A stretch of DNA of 64,000 bases from Hemiscyllium ocellatum. Its lineage: Eukaryota. Below the pieces are notes generated by a model that saw nothing but the letters and a program-made list of their open reading frames with translations, had not been told where the DNA came from and searched no databases. The stretch is from contig NC_083426.1 of assembly GCF_020745735.1 (NCBI RefSeq), forward strand, positions 12,648,001 through 12,712,000, read 5' to 3'. Positions 22,386 through 33,944 of this stretch are shown here, piece by piece (position 1 is the first letter of the stretch; every line of letters starts with the position of its first letter). Both the position numbers and the translations under genes were made by a program.

Positions 22386-23690
22386 TGTTATATGTGAATT
22401 CTGTCTAGGTATTCTAAATCTCCGGAGAATAGTCCCTGATACTCGGCTAACTACTCTACACTAGAGCTATGGTTCAAATCAACCGGGTTCTGCCTCCACA
22501 CTCTGCTGACCGCGGACTGTCCTTTAACCCTTGACTTCAAGGGAGACTGTCCACAAGGTCCCATCCTAGGAGGCGAACTCCAAGCTGTCAGCACCAGCCC
22601 TTATCTCCTCCGGCTACCGCTTTTCCCGTGGCAAATCGAAATGCTGCGAGACACACAAACGGAGCAACAGATGTTTATTCAAACTTGCAAGTTCGGGCGT
22701 CTTCCAAAAAGAACTTCGGAAGAATCGCGACAAAAGATTTTATAGCACTAATATTTATACATTATTCTTACATTCAAAAACATTAGTGGCAATTCCATTG
22801 GTTAAAACATTTCACGTTTTTCTCTGCCAATTCTTTAATTAAATGTTATAATTAAATGTTATATTGTTTTAACAATTCTGCTGGTTAAAGCATTTCTTGG
22901 TTATCTGCATGTCATAAAAGAGATTCTATTGTATTTTGCCCTCTGTGTCTAGCTAAAGCATTCCTTGGTATCTTGCCCAAGGTTACCATGTTCCTGGCAT
23001 AACAGAGGTGACTTCTAGTTCATGCTTCCATATGGCCTAGCTGAACATCAGTCTCATAATTTAGCCTTTATTCATTAAACCTTAGTTTTAGTACAGAAAT
23101 TNNNNNNNNNNNNNNNNNNNNNNNNNNNNNNNNNNNNNNNNNNNNNNNNNNNNNNNNNNNNNNNNNNNNNNNNNNNNNNNNNNNNNNNNNNNNNNNNNNN
23201 NNNNNNNNNNNNNNNNNNNNNNNNNNNNNNNNNNNNNNNNNNNNNNNNNTGTGTGAAGTGTTTGTGTATGTGTGTGTGTGCGTGTGTGTGTGAGAGGTGT
23301 GTGTGGAGTGTGTGTGTAGGTGTGTGTGTGGTATGTGTGAGGTGTGTGTGTGTATGTGTGTGTGTTTGTGGGTGTATATGTGTAAGGTATGTGTGTGTGT
23401 AGAGGTGTGTGTGTGTGNNNNNNNNNNNNNNNNNNNNNNNNNNNNNNNNNNNNNNNNNNNNNNNNNNNNNNNNNNNNNNNNNNNNNNNNNNNNNNNNNNN
23501 NNNNNNNNNNNNNNNNNNNNNNNNNNNNNNNNNNNNNNNNNNNNNNNNNNNNNNNNNNNNNNNNNNNNNNNNNNNNNNNNNNNNNNNNNNNNNNNNNNNN
23601 NNNNNNNNNNNNNNNNNNNNNNNGAGTAGAATGTGTGTGTGTGTATGTGTATGAATGCATGAAACTGCAGAAATTACATTAACCATATCA
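22386..23690 (-). repeat. ERV 5' LTR
   Basis: About a dozen differences from the 3' LTR over ~715 readable nt (counted by eye). Confidence 0.95.
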
Positions 23691-24379
23691 ATTTTTGCTA
23701 CTCCACCAACCTTCATGTCATCTGCAAACTTGTTGATCATTTATGGATATTACAAACAACAGTGGCCCCAGCACTGATCCCTGTCAAACGCCACTGGTCA
23801 CCTTTCTCCATTTCGAGAAACTCCCTTCAACAAATACTCTCTGTCTCCTGTTGCTCAAACAGTTCTTTATCCACCTAGCTAGAACTCTCTGCACACCATG
23901 TGACTTCACTTTCTCCATTAGTCTACCATGGGGAACCTTATCAAATGCCTTACTAAAGTTCGTATATGATATCAACAGCCTTTCCTTCATCTATCAACTT
24001 GGACACTTCCTCGAAGAATTCTATAAAGTTGGTAAGGCACGATCTCCCCCGTACAAAACCATGTTGCCTATCACTGATAAGCCCATTCTTTTCTAAATAT
24101 AAATAGATCCTATCCCTCAGTACCTTCTCCAGCAATTTTTGCACCACCAACGTCAGGCTCACTGGTCTGTCGTTACCCGGAATATCCCTACTATCCTTCT
24201 TGTACATGGGGACAACATCAGCAACCCTCCAGTTCTTCGGCTCCTCACCTGTATTTAAGGATGCTACAAAGATATCTGTCAGGGCCCAGCTATTCCTCTC
24301 TTGCCTCCCTCAGCAACCTGGGATAGATCTCATCCGGTCCTGGGGATTTGTCCACCTTAATAACCTCTACCATACCCAA
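23691..24379 (-). mobile_element. Inner CR1, middle part (RT)
   Basis: VDKSPGPDEIYPR...RGRSCLTN...KAFDKVPHG...KFADDMKVGGV. Confidence 0.9.
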
Positions 24380-27300
24380 GTAAAAAATGAGGTCTGCAGA
24401 TGCTGGAGATCACAGCTGCAAATGTGTTGCTGGTCAAAGCACAGCAGGTTAGGCAGCATCTCAGGAATAGAGAATTCGACGTTTCGAGCATAAGCCCTTC
24501 ATCAGGAATAAGAGAGAGAGAGAGCCAAGCAGGCTAAGATAAAAGGTAGGGAGGAGGGACTAGGGGGAGGGGCGATGGAGGTGGGATAGGTGGAAGGAGG
24601 TCAAGGTGAGGGTGATAGGCCGGAGTGGGGTGGGGGCGGAGAGGTCAGGAAGAGGATTGCAGGTTAGGAGGGCGGTGCTGAGTTGAGGGAACCGACTGAG
24701 ACAAGGTGGGGGGAGGGGAAATGAGGAAACTGGAGAAATCTGAATTCATACCTTGTGGTTGGAGGGTTCCCAGGCGGAAGATGAGGCGCTCCTCCTCCAG
24801 CCGTCGTGTAGTTGTGTTCTGCCGGTGGAGGAGTCCAAGGACCTGCATGTCCTCGGTGGAGTGGGAGGGGGAGTTAAAGTGTTGAGCCACGGGGTGATTG
24901 GGTTGGTTGGTTCGGGCGGCCTGGAGGTGTTCTCTGAAGCGTTCCGCAAGTAAGCGGCCTGTCTCACCAATATAGAGGAGGCCACATCGGGTGCAGCGGA
25001 TGCAATAGATGATGTGTGTGGAGGTACAGGTGAACTTGTGGCGGATATGGAAGGATCCCTTGGGGCCTTGGAGGGAAGTGAGTGTGGAGGTGTGGGCGCA
25101 AGTTTTACATTTCCTGCGGTTGCAGGGGAAGGTGCCGGGGGTGGAGCTTGGGTTGGTGGGGGGTGTGGATCTGACAAGGGAGTCACGAAGGGAGTGGTCC
25201 TTGCGGAACGCTGATAGGGGAGGGGAGGGAAATATATCCTTGGTGGTGGGTTCCGTTTGGAGGTGGCGGAAATGGCGGCGGATGATACGTTGTATGCGGA
25301 GGTTGGTGGGGTGGTAGGTGAGAACCAGTGGGGTTCTGTCTTGGTGGCGGTTGGAGGAGCGGGGCTCAAGGGCGGAGGAGCGGGAAGTGGAGGAGATGCG
25401 GTGGAGGGCATCGTCGATCACGTCTGGGGGGAATCTGCGGTCCTTGAAGAAGGAGGCCATCTGGGCTGTGCGGTGTTGGAATTGGTCCTCCTGGGAGCAG
25501 ATGCGGCGGAGACGAAGGAATTGGGAATATGGGATGGTATTTTTACAGGGGGCAGGGTGGGAGGAGGTGTAGTCCAGGTAGCTGTGGGAGTCAGTCGGTT
25601 TATAATAGATGTCTGTGTTGAGTCGGTCGCCCGAGATAGAAATGGAAAGGTCTAGGAAGGGGAGGGAGGAGTCTGAGACAGTCCAGGTGAATTTCAGGTC
25701 GGGATGGAAGGTGTTAGTAAAGTTGATGAACTGTTCAACCTCCTCGTGGGAGCACGAGGCAGCGCCGATACAGTCATCGATGTAGCGGAGGAAAAGGTGG
25801 GGGGTGGTGCCAGTGTAGTTGCGGAAGATGGACTGTTCCACATATCCTACGAAGAGGCAGGCATAGCTGGGGCCCATGCGGGTGCCCATGGCAACTCCTT
25901 TAGTTTGGAGGAAGTGGGAGGATTGAAAAGAGAAGTTATTCAGTGTGAGGACCAGTTCAGTCAGTCGAAGGAGGGTGTCAGTGGAAGGGTACTGGTTGGT
26001 GCGGCGGGAAAGGAAGAAGCGGAGGGCTTTGAGTCCTTCGTGATGGGGGATGGAGGTGTACAGGGACTGGATGTCCATAGTGAAAATAAGGCGTTGGGGG
26101 CCGGGAAGCGAAAATCATGGAGGAGGTGGAGGGCGTGGGTGGTGTCCCGAACGTAGGTGGGGAGTTCTTGGACTAAAGGGGACAGGACCGTGTCGAGGTA
26201 TTGGGAGATGAGTTCGGTGGGGCAGGAGCAGGCTGAGACAATGGGTCGGCCGGGGCAGGCAGGTTTGTGGATTTTGGGCAGGAGGTAGAAACGGGCGGTG
26301 CGGGGTTGTGGGACTATGAGGTTGGAGGCGGTGGATGGGAGATCCCCTGAGGTGATGAGGTCCTGGATGGTCTGGGAGATGATGGTTTGGTGGTGGGAGG
26401 TGGGGTCGTGGTCAAGGGGGCGATAAGAGGAGGTGTCCGCGAGCTGGCGTTTGGCTTCAGCGGTGTACAGGTCAGTGCGCCAAACTACCACCGCGCCTCC
26501 CTTGTCTGCGGGTTTGATGGTGAGGTTGGGATTGGAGCGGAGGGAGTGGAGGGCTGCACGTTCTGAGCGTGAGAGGTTGGAGTGGGTGAGAGGGGTGGAC
26601 AGGTTGAGTCGGTTGATGTCACGGCGGCAGTTGGCTATAAAGAGGTCGAGGGCGGGTAGGAGGCTAGCACGGGGTGTCCAGGTGGATGGGGTGTGTTGGA
26701 GGTGGGAGAAGGGGTCGTCAGAGGGTGGGCGGGAGTCTTGGTTGTGAAAGTAGGCACGGAGGCGAAGGCGGCGGAAGAATTGTTCAATATCTCGCCGCGT
26801 GTTGAACTCATTAATCCGAGGGCGTAGGGGAATGAAGGTGAGGCCCCTGCTGAGGACTGATCTTTCATCCTCAGAGAGGGGGAGATCTGGAGGGATGGTG
26901 AAAATCCGGCAAGGCTGGGAGCTAGGTTCTGGTGTGGGACTGGAGCTGGAGCTGGAGCTGGGGGCGGGGTTAGGGGCGGGGACAGAGATCGAAGTAGGGG
27001 CGGAGTTAGACGTGGTGACGTTGCTCGATGTGGGGGCGGGTCATGCGTCGTGACGGAAATAAGCGTCGGGGCGGGGTTACGTGAAGCGACGGAAGACGGC
27101 GTGGGGGCGGGGTTATGCGTAGTGACGAAAGACGGCGTGGGGGCGGGGAAACCTGAGGATTTGTGCTCCTGCAGGTTAGTGATGTCAGTGGGGGCGGAAG
27201 TGGCTGCGCCGACGGCAACCGGAGGGGCGGAAATGGTTGCGGCGACGGAGGAGTGGTGGTCATTCCCGGTGGTCGCGTGGGTCGCGGGTCCGTCGGCGAT

Positions 27301-27511
27301 CGTGGAAGCGGTTGTGTGTGTGGTGGTCACCGGGGCAGTTGTTGGGGCGGCGATCGCGGGGGCTCCGAGGTCGGTGGGGGCGGAAGTGACGTCACGGTCG
27401 GCGGCGGCCTTTGGTGCCGCGGGCGTTGTGGAGGCCACATGTGTAATGGCGTCCGACAGGCTTATAGAAGATTCTGGAACAGTTGAGGGGCCACGAGTGT
27501 GGGGGTAAGTA
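24380..27511 (-). mobile_element. Near-complete Penelope-like element (family 1)
   Basis: KPADKG, FYLLPKIHK, GVAMGTRMGPSYA, RYIDD (RT) and IYCIRC...YIGETGR (GIY-YIG). One 1-bp frameshift near 26104. pLTR with hammerhead at 24473-24509. Splits the CR1 at DVL|GM. Confidence 0.93.
24473..24509 (-). ncRNA. Minimal hammerhead ribozyme
   Basis: Identical to 524-559 in reverse complement. Confidence 0.8.
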
Positions 27512-28547
27512 CAACACATCTTCCCTACTTACGTCAACATGATCCAGACTAATCAAACTTCTATCTCTAATTTCAACATTCATCATGTTCCTCCCCTCAG
27601 TGAACACTGATGCAAAGTAATCATTAGAATCTCACCCATTCTCTCAGGTTCAACACACAGCCTTCCTTCGTTATTCTTCAGTGGACCAAACCTTTCTCTA
27701 GTTACCCGCTTGCTTCTTATATAAGAATAAAATGCTTTGGGATTCTCCTTAATTCTGCTCACTAAAGTTATTTCATGACCCCTTTTAGCCCGTTTGATTC
27801 CTCATTTAAGACTTGTCCTACTCTTCCGATATTCCTCCAGGGCCCGTTCTGCCCTCAGCTACCTAGACCTCATGTATGCTTCCCTTTTCCTCTTGGCTAG
27901 TTATACAATTTCTCCTGTCATCCACAGTTCACAAATCTTGCTCTTCCTATCCTTTGCCTTCAACGGGACATGCCTATCCTGCACTATCTTTAGCCAATCT
28001 TTGAAAGCCTCCCACATCTCAAATGTGGACTTCCCTTCAAATAGTTGTGTCCAATCCACATTTCTGAGCTCCTGCCTAATTTTGATATAATTGGCCTTGA
28101 CCCAGTTTAGTACTCTTCCCTTAGGACCACTCTCTTCTTTATCTATGAGTATTCTAAAACTTACAGAATTGTGGTCACTGTTCCCAAATAAATCCCCCAC
28201 CGCAACTTCTACCACCTATCCTGGCTCATTCCCCAATACCAGATCCAATATGGCCCCTTTCCTCATTGGACTATTGACATACTGCTTTAGAAAACTCCCC
28301 TGGACACTTCTTACAAATTCTACTCCATCCAGACTTCTGATGTTAAGTGTATCCCAATCAATGTTGGGAAAATTAAAATCTCAAATCACCACTACCCTAT
28401 TGCCTCTACATCTATTCATAATCTGTTTACCTATTTGTTCTTCTTTCTCACGCTCACTGCTGGGAGGCCCGTAATACAGCCCCAATAGTGTGACTGCACC
28501 CTTCTTATTTCTCAGCTCCACCATAATGTCTCACTACCCAAGATCTC
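27512..28547 (-). mobile_element. Inner CR1, 5' part (endonuclease C-terminus and linker)
   Basis: GDLFGNSDHNSVSF...LNW.KANY...GEILNDYFASVFT. Confidence 0.9.
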
Positions 28548-28708
28548 CAAGGGTATATGAATAGGAAGGGTTTGGAGGGATATGTGCCGGGTGCTGAAAG
28601 GTGGGACTAGATTGAGTTGGGATATCTGGTCGGTATGGACGGGTTAGACCGAAGGGTCTGTTTCCATGCTGTACATCTCTATGACTCTATGACTCTATGA
28701 CTCGATAC
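28548..28708 (+). mobile_element. Outer CR1 3' end with (actctatg)n tail
   Basis: gggtatatgaataggaaggg...catctctatgactctatgactctatgactc. Confidence 0.88.
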
Positions 28709-28740
28709 CTGAAGTTATAAGATACAGATCAACAGCATCG
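28709..28740 (+). pseudogene. Copy A C2 exon, 3' remainder
   Basis: CTGAAGTTATAAGATACAGATCAACAGCATCG|gtaagt matches the last 32 nt of exon 41825-42148. Confidence 0.9.
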
Positions 28741-29629
28741 GTAAGTTTTATACAAACACTGAGGCTGACACATTCATTCAATGTTTATTCAAACTGCTCA
28801 TTCGCTAAGTTTCTTTTATACTTAGAAACAACTGCACCTCATCACATTACATCTCTTTGATATTTGAACAATTTTGAACAAGACGTTGATTAATTTTTTT
28901 GAAAATGGACAAAACTGTAATAAAGCTGCAGAAAACGCATAAATGCTGCATTCCAGCTTTGTGTTACATCTCACAGCTTGTTTGTGTGTGTCACCTTAAA
29001 CAGATGAAGTTAATCACTGTATCGCAGCATGTGACCTGAGGGGATAATGGTGTCAGACTCCATGGTAGTCAGGGTCACATCAGGCATGACATGCTGATGG
29101 AAATATGTCCCTGCGTGTAACTGAGTACCTCAGATTTAACCCAGACCCTGACATGCCTGTGGCTAAGAGATATGTTCAGGCCAGACGCTGGTGATAATAT
29201 TTGTTGATTTGTCAGTACGACAACATTCATGGCTTGTTCTCATGTGACAGGATGTAACGTAAAGATTACGTCATTGAGTCTAAATACCATATTGGAGGCA
29301 AAAGTCCCAGTGGAAGCTCACCCAGCAATCACAGGATATTACTGGGCAGAGCAGGGGCTGCTGGATCCCCCAGGAATACATTGTCCAGTGGGAGCAGTGA
29401 CCAGCTCAGTGGCTGGAACTTTCTTTTATGTTTGACAAGGATGAAAAAGGAGATCTTAGTGATACAGTCCTACCCAACCACAGCTTTTCAAGCAGGATCA
29501 TAGGACACATTTGATGCGATATAGAAGTTCTGGGATAGACATATTAATGAATCGAAACTTGCAACTCAATTTAAAAGATGAAAGACTTAATATCAATCCA
29601 GGTTTGTTCAATATATCACATCAGTTGTA

Positions 29630-29805
29630 TGCTACTATGATCTTTTGCAATAAATTGTGTGTCCTATGATCTTGCTCCAGTAGCGACCTGATGAAGGAGC
29701 AGTGCTCTGAAAGCTTGCATTTCCAAATAAACCTGTTGCACTACAACCTGGTGTTGTGTGATTTTTAACTTTGTCCACCCCATTCCAATACCAGTACCAC
29801 CGCAT
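29630..29805 (+). mobile_element. PLE family 2 pLTR fragment with hammerhead
   Basis: CTGATGAAGGAGCAGTGCTCTGAAAGC at 29688-29714. Tail shared with 47815-47970 and 58710-58780. Confidence 0.75.
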
Positions 29806-30145
29806 CAAGGATATTACAGGACAGAGCAGGGGCTGTTGTATCCCCTACATTGTCTAGCAGGGGACAGTGACCAGCTCAGTGGCTGGAACATTCCTTTACA
29901 TTTGACAATGATGAGAAAGGGGATCTCAGGAATACAGTCCCACCAACCTCAGCCTTTCAAATGCTTTAATAAGAATACAGTCGCATCAAAGTCCAGGCGA
30001 GGATCCAAACACAAATTATGTTCAAACCAGGTCGCTACCACATCTCTCCAGACAGGAGGGGTTAGAGAGAAATGAATTCAACAAAAGTTATTATTCACAA
30101 CAAGCTGTGAGGTTCCAAGCTGAAAATTTTCTTATGTCTCAATAG

Positions 30146-30245
30146 GAAGGAAATATATTTGTGAACACCCTTCAACAATATCACTAACAGCAACAACAAC
30201 ATCAACAACAAGAACATCTTCAGGATCCAAGTCTGTCAGTAAAAG
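30146..30245 (+). pseudogene. Copy A mucin-like stalk exon with destroyed donor
   Basis: GRKYICEHPSTISLTATTTSTTRTSSGSKSVSK. Donor is AG|ttagaa versus AG|gtagaa in copy B. Confidence 0.8.
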
Positions 30246-31066
30246 TTAGAACATTTTCATTGGCAATATTTCCATTAGCATTCATTTCAAGAGACAACAA
30301 TTGATTTTACATAAAGGTTTACAATAATAGGAAATTTCAGACTGTCATTTATCGGAATTGAAATGGTGGATGACTTTTGTATAATGCTGTTCCGTTCCCT
30401 TCCTTACAATGTCGCTGTTTATGTAATTGGCAATCCATAACAGGATGTACCACTTCTCTGTTTGCCTTCGCTCAGATACATGTGCAATTTTCAGCATTAA
30501 AATTTAATGCTTTATTATTCTCCTGAGCTCACAATGTTTTCAGAGCCCAGCAATAACAGGTTTTGATAACTCAAGGTATTCTGGAGTGTCACTGACAGAG
30601 ACATTACATTCTCTGTCATCTTCTCCTCCTCCATTCTCTTGGGTTATACATTGTTCCCAAACTGAGAGGGTGGGAGGCTGTCTGATTCCAGCTGGTTAAG
30701 CCTTGCCTGTTAGCAGGTGCAGGAGCAGTGTGGGATGTTGATATTCTGAGTTCCTCACTCACTGAAGAGACATCTCACCCACTGGAATATTACGCCAGAC
30801 TGCAGTCCCTCCCACAAATGTCCATCCATATCTTATAATCCCCACTCAGAATGTGCGACTGAAACTTGTTTCATTTGACCTTTATATATTGTCCATGTCA
30901 TTCATAAATTAAACTGTAATTTAGTTGTCCCACTGAACTGCCTGAGCTGTGCAGCTTTACTTTGTTACCATATCAGAAGATTGCAGTGTCACCAGGGATA
31001 AATGTTTGAAACATGATATAGTCTCGTTTCCTTCAAATTGTTTTATATTTCTTCCATTTTGCACAG

Positions 31067-31148
31067 TTACGTTGTCTGGGATGTGATACGCTGGGTACCC
31101 TTCACTCTCCTGGTGATTTGTTCTGTTTCTGTCAAAATTTTTATGTGA
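31067..31148 (+). pseudogene. Copy A TM exon, duplicate 1
   Basis: Acceptor ttttgcacag. Reads YVVWDVIRWVPFTLLVICSVSVKIFM*. Confidence 0.8.
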
Positions 31149-31690
31149 TGGAATTATGCTATTCTGATTGAAGACGCATCTCACCCACTGGTTACAAGGC
31201 ACCAGACTACAGTGCCACCTGTAAATGTCCAACAATTTAACCTTATAATCCACACGTATAACATTGGGCTGACCATTCCAGGACATGTTACTGCAACTTG
31301 TTTCATTTGATCTATATCTGTTGTTCATTTCTGTGGCTGTGAGATACACTTAGACCAGAGGCTGTTCTGAACATCTGTGATTTGTTAGGACTACAATAGC
31401 CACACCTTGTCTACATGCGACAAGCGTTAACATAAAGACTGCCTCATCAGTTTAAATAACATTACAGGATGTACTAAAGAACTGAAACTTGTTTCAGTTG
31501 TACTTTATCTGTTGTGCGTCTCAGTAATAAATTAAACTGAAATTTACTTTTCTTAGTTATCTCCCTGATGTCCGCTGTGTTACTTTGCTGAAATATACTG
31601 AGATTGCAGTGTAAACAGGGGATAAATGTTTGAAATATGAGGCAGTCTTGTTTCTTTCAAATGATTTTGTATTTCTTCTGTTTTACACAG

Positions 31691-31781
31691 TTACGTTGTC
31701 TGGGATGTGATCCGCTGGGTACTCTTCACTCTCCTGGTGGTTTGTTCTGTTTCAGTCACAATGTTTACACGAAAACATTAA
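31691..31781 (+). pseudogene. Copy A TM exon, duplicate 2
   Basis: Acceptor ttttacacag. Reads YVVWDVIRWVLFTLLVVCSVSVTMFTRKH*, then gtgagc. Confidence 0.85.
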
Positions 31782-33586
31782 GTGAGCATCATGGCCTTTA
31801 CAAGAATGATTTTGAGCACTCTAAGTTCCCCATCAATGAGGTGGCCCTGGGTGGAGGGGTTTCGAAGCAGGATACACAGTTTGAGAAGAATGGGTTAACC
31901 ATTTGGGACTGAGATGAGCAGGAATTTCTTCACTCAGAGGGTGATGGTTTGTTGGAATTCTCTGCCTCAGAGAGCTCTGGAGGCTCCAGCCTTGAGTATA
32001 TTCAAAACAGAGATCAATAATGTTCTGGGTGATACAGATGTGGAGGGACTTGAGCTCATGCAACAAAAATAGTATTCAGGTAGAAGATCTGCCATGATCC
32101 AGGTGAATGCTGAAGGAGCCTGGAGGGGCTGAATGGCCTACTCTGGGCCTTTTCACATTTCTGCATAATTATATTTCAAAAGCATTGTACAATACTGTTG
32201 CAAAATGTCACGAGACAAGGTAAACTCTCCTGCTTAATTTAAAACAACAACATAGAAAAGAGTTATCCCGTGCAGTAATCAGTGAAAATTTGATAGGCCA
32301 AGATCTAGGTAAAGTAAAAATTAGCAACATTAGTTCTTAAAGTATAATAGAGATGAACTATTTCCAACTCTTTCCTCAAACCTGTCTTTCCCTTCCCCTT
32401 CTCCAATACTAGTCTGATAAAACTCCCCATTGTAATTTCCAAAACAAAATTTCTTGTCTCAAAACCAGGCAGCTTTCATTCTTCTCTGTATTTCAGTCTT
32501 CTTTGCTTCTTCCTGGGAATGCTGCTTCTCAGGTTACTGATCGATAAAGGTACCTTTAAGAGATCTATTTTATGGACAGTCTTTTTACATGTTGGTGGTT
32601 TGGCTGTTCTCCTCTCAACTGTTCAGTTTTCCCCTGTCTTACACCCCCAATGCATCAGATTGTGTCATTGGCTTTTAAGATTGTCAATATACTAAATTCA
32701 AACTGGATTGGATTTGGGCATTTTTTGGGGTATAATTTAAACTGATTGGCCTATTTCAAATCTGTCTAGTCATATCTAGGCAACCAGCTGATCAAGTTGT
32801 TCGACCAAATGTTACACTATTTTTTTTCAAAACACTTGGATCTGACAGGTAGTTCTGTTGAATTTAACTCTCTTAAACATACAGTACATGCACATTTACA
32901 TATCAAAAGATCATTATAAATCCTTTCCTGTCCACAGGAGGTATTAAGGTTGAACTCTAGGCTGATCCAAGGTATAGAGGGACTATTTTATGAGGAGAGG
33001 TTGAGTAGAATTGGTCCTATACTCATGGGAATCCAGAAAAAGGAGAGGTGAGCGAACTGAAATGTGCAAGCTACATCGAGGACTTGGTGGGGTGGGTGAA
33101 GAATGGACGTTTCTCCTTGTGGGTAAGGATTGGACCAGAGGGTATCATCTCAGAACACTGGACCAAGATGAGGAGATGTTTTTATCTCTGAGGTGGTTGT
33201 GAATCTGTAGAAGTATTTGCCAAAGATGATTGATGAGGCTGTGCCATTAAGTACACTCAAGGCTGAGATAGTCTGGTGTTTAATTAGTCAGTGAATGAAG
33301 AATTATGAGAAAACACAGGAAAGTGGGATTGAGGATTATCAGATCAGCCATGATCTCACTGAATGGTAGAACAGACTCAATGGGCTGAATTTTTTGCTCT
33401 GACTTTGTCTGTCTTAACCTATTTCTGTGGTCAACTGCTCACCAGCACAACTGCAGGGAAGCATTAATTCTCTGTGATATATCGATGTCACACGTGTTCA
33501 AGTGGAATTGTTCCGGATTATTTTCCCAGCACATGTGCAATAGGTGATGGGGAAGGAGGAATGAGATCTGGACATAACTCCAGTTC

Positions 33587-33792
33587 TTGTTAAAGCACAG
33601 CAGGTTAGGCAGCATCTCAGGAATAGGAAATTCGATGTTTCGAGCATAAGCCCTTCATCAGGAATCATTCCTGATGAAGGACCTATGCTCAAAACGTCGA
33701 ATTTCCTATTCCTGAGATGCTGCCTAACCTGCTGTGCTTTAACCAGCAACACATTTTCAGCTGTGATCTCCAGCATCTGCAGACCTCATTTT
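33587..33792. mobile_element. Miniature PLE insertion made of head-to-head inverted pLTRs
   Basis: Arms 33590-33665 and 33667-33742. 13-bp TSD ATAACTCCAGTTC at 33574-33586 and 33793-33805. Absent at the paralogous site near 51430. Confidence 0.85.
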
Positions 33793-33944
33793 ATAACTCC
33801 AGTTCATCACAAGCTTTGCTTAGTTCATTGCCATGTACAGACTTTAAATCAAAACTAACATGAACAATAAGGCATCTCATTTCCATCTCATTACGAGTCC
33901 AACTCTCTCCCATTTATTCTCCATTTCCAATTGTCTTTCACTAT

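Larger units (their letters stand above)
15291..23690 (-). mobile_element. Defective class I endogenous retrovirus (LTR-gag remnant-pol deleted-env-LTR)
   Basis: Two ~1.3-kb TG...CA LTRs, tRNA-Pro PBS, PPT, gag MHR, IN C-terminal remnant, env. 4-bp TSD cttt/attt restores the host CR1 frame (VAKSIRD). Confidence 0.95.

Noticed and set aside
24746-27508. Multiple long overlapping ORFs on both strands
   Set aside because: Alternative-frame and antisense shadows of the C-rich PLE ORF.
29229-29435. ORF containing TGYYW, resembling an Ig F strand
   Set aside because: No following Cys, no B-strand Cys or Trp spacing, and no splice sites. It is intronic sequence duplicated locally and at ~47430.
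30544-30575. Possible 32-nt micro-exon (SPAITGFDNS) between stalk and TM
   Set aside because: Its phase is incompatible with the phase-2 stalk end, it is not conserved in intact copy B, and stalk joins TM directly.
30576-30670. Hydrophobic stretch resembling a TM exon (also ~49690-49800)
   Set aside because: No consistent open frame or splice sites in the two paralogs. The true TM exons are at 31067, 31691 and 50197.
32207-32847. Possible solo LTR (TG...CA, absent from the copy B paralog)
   Set aside because: No TSD or second copy in the window, so it cannot be supported.
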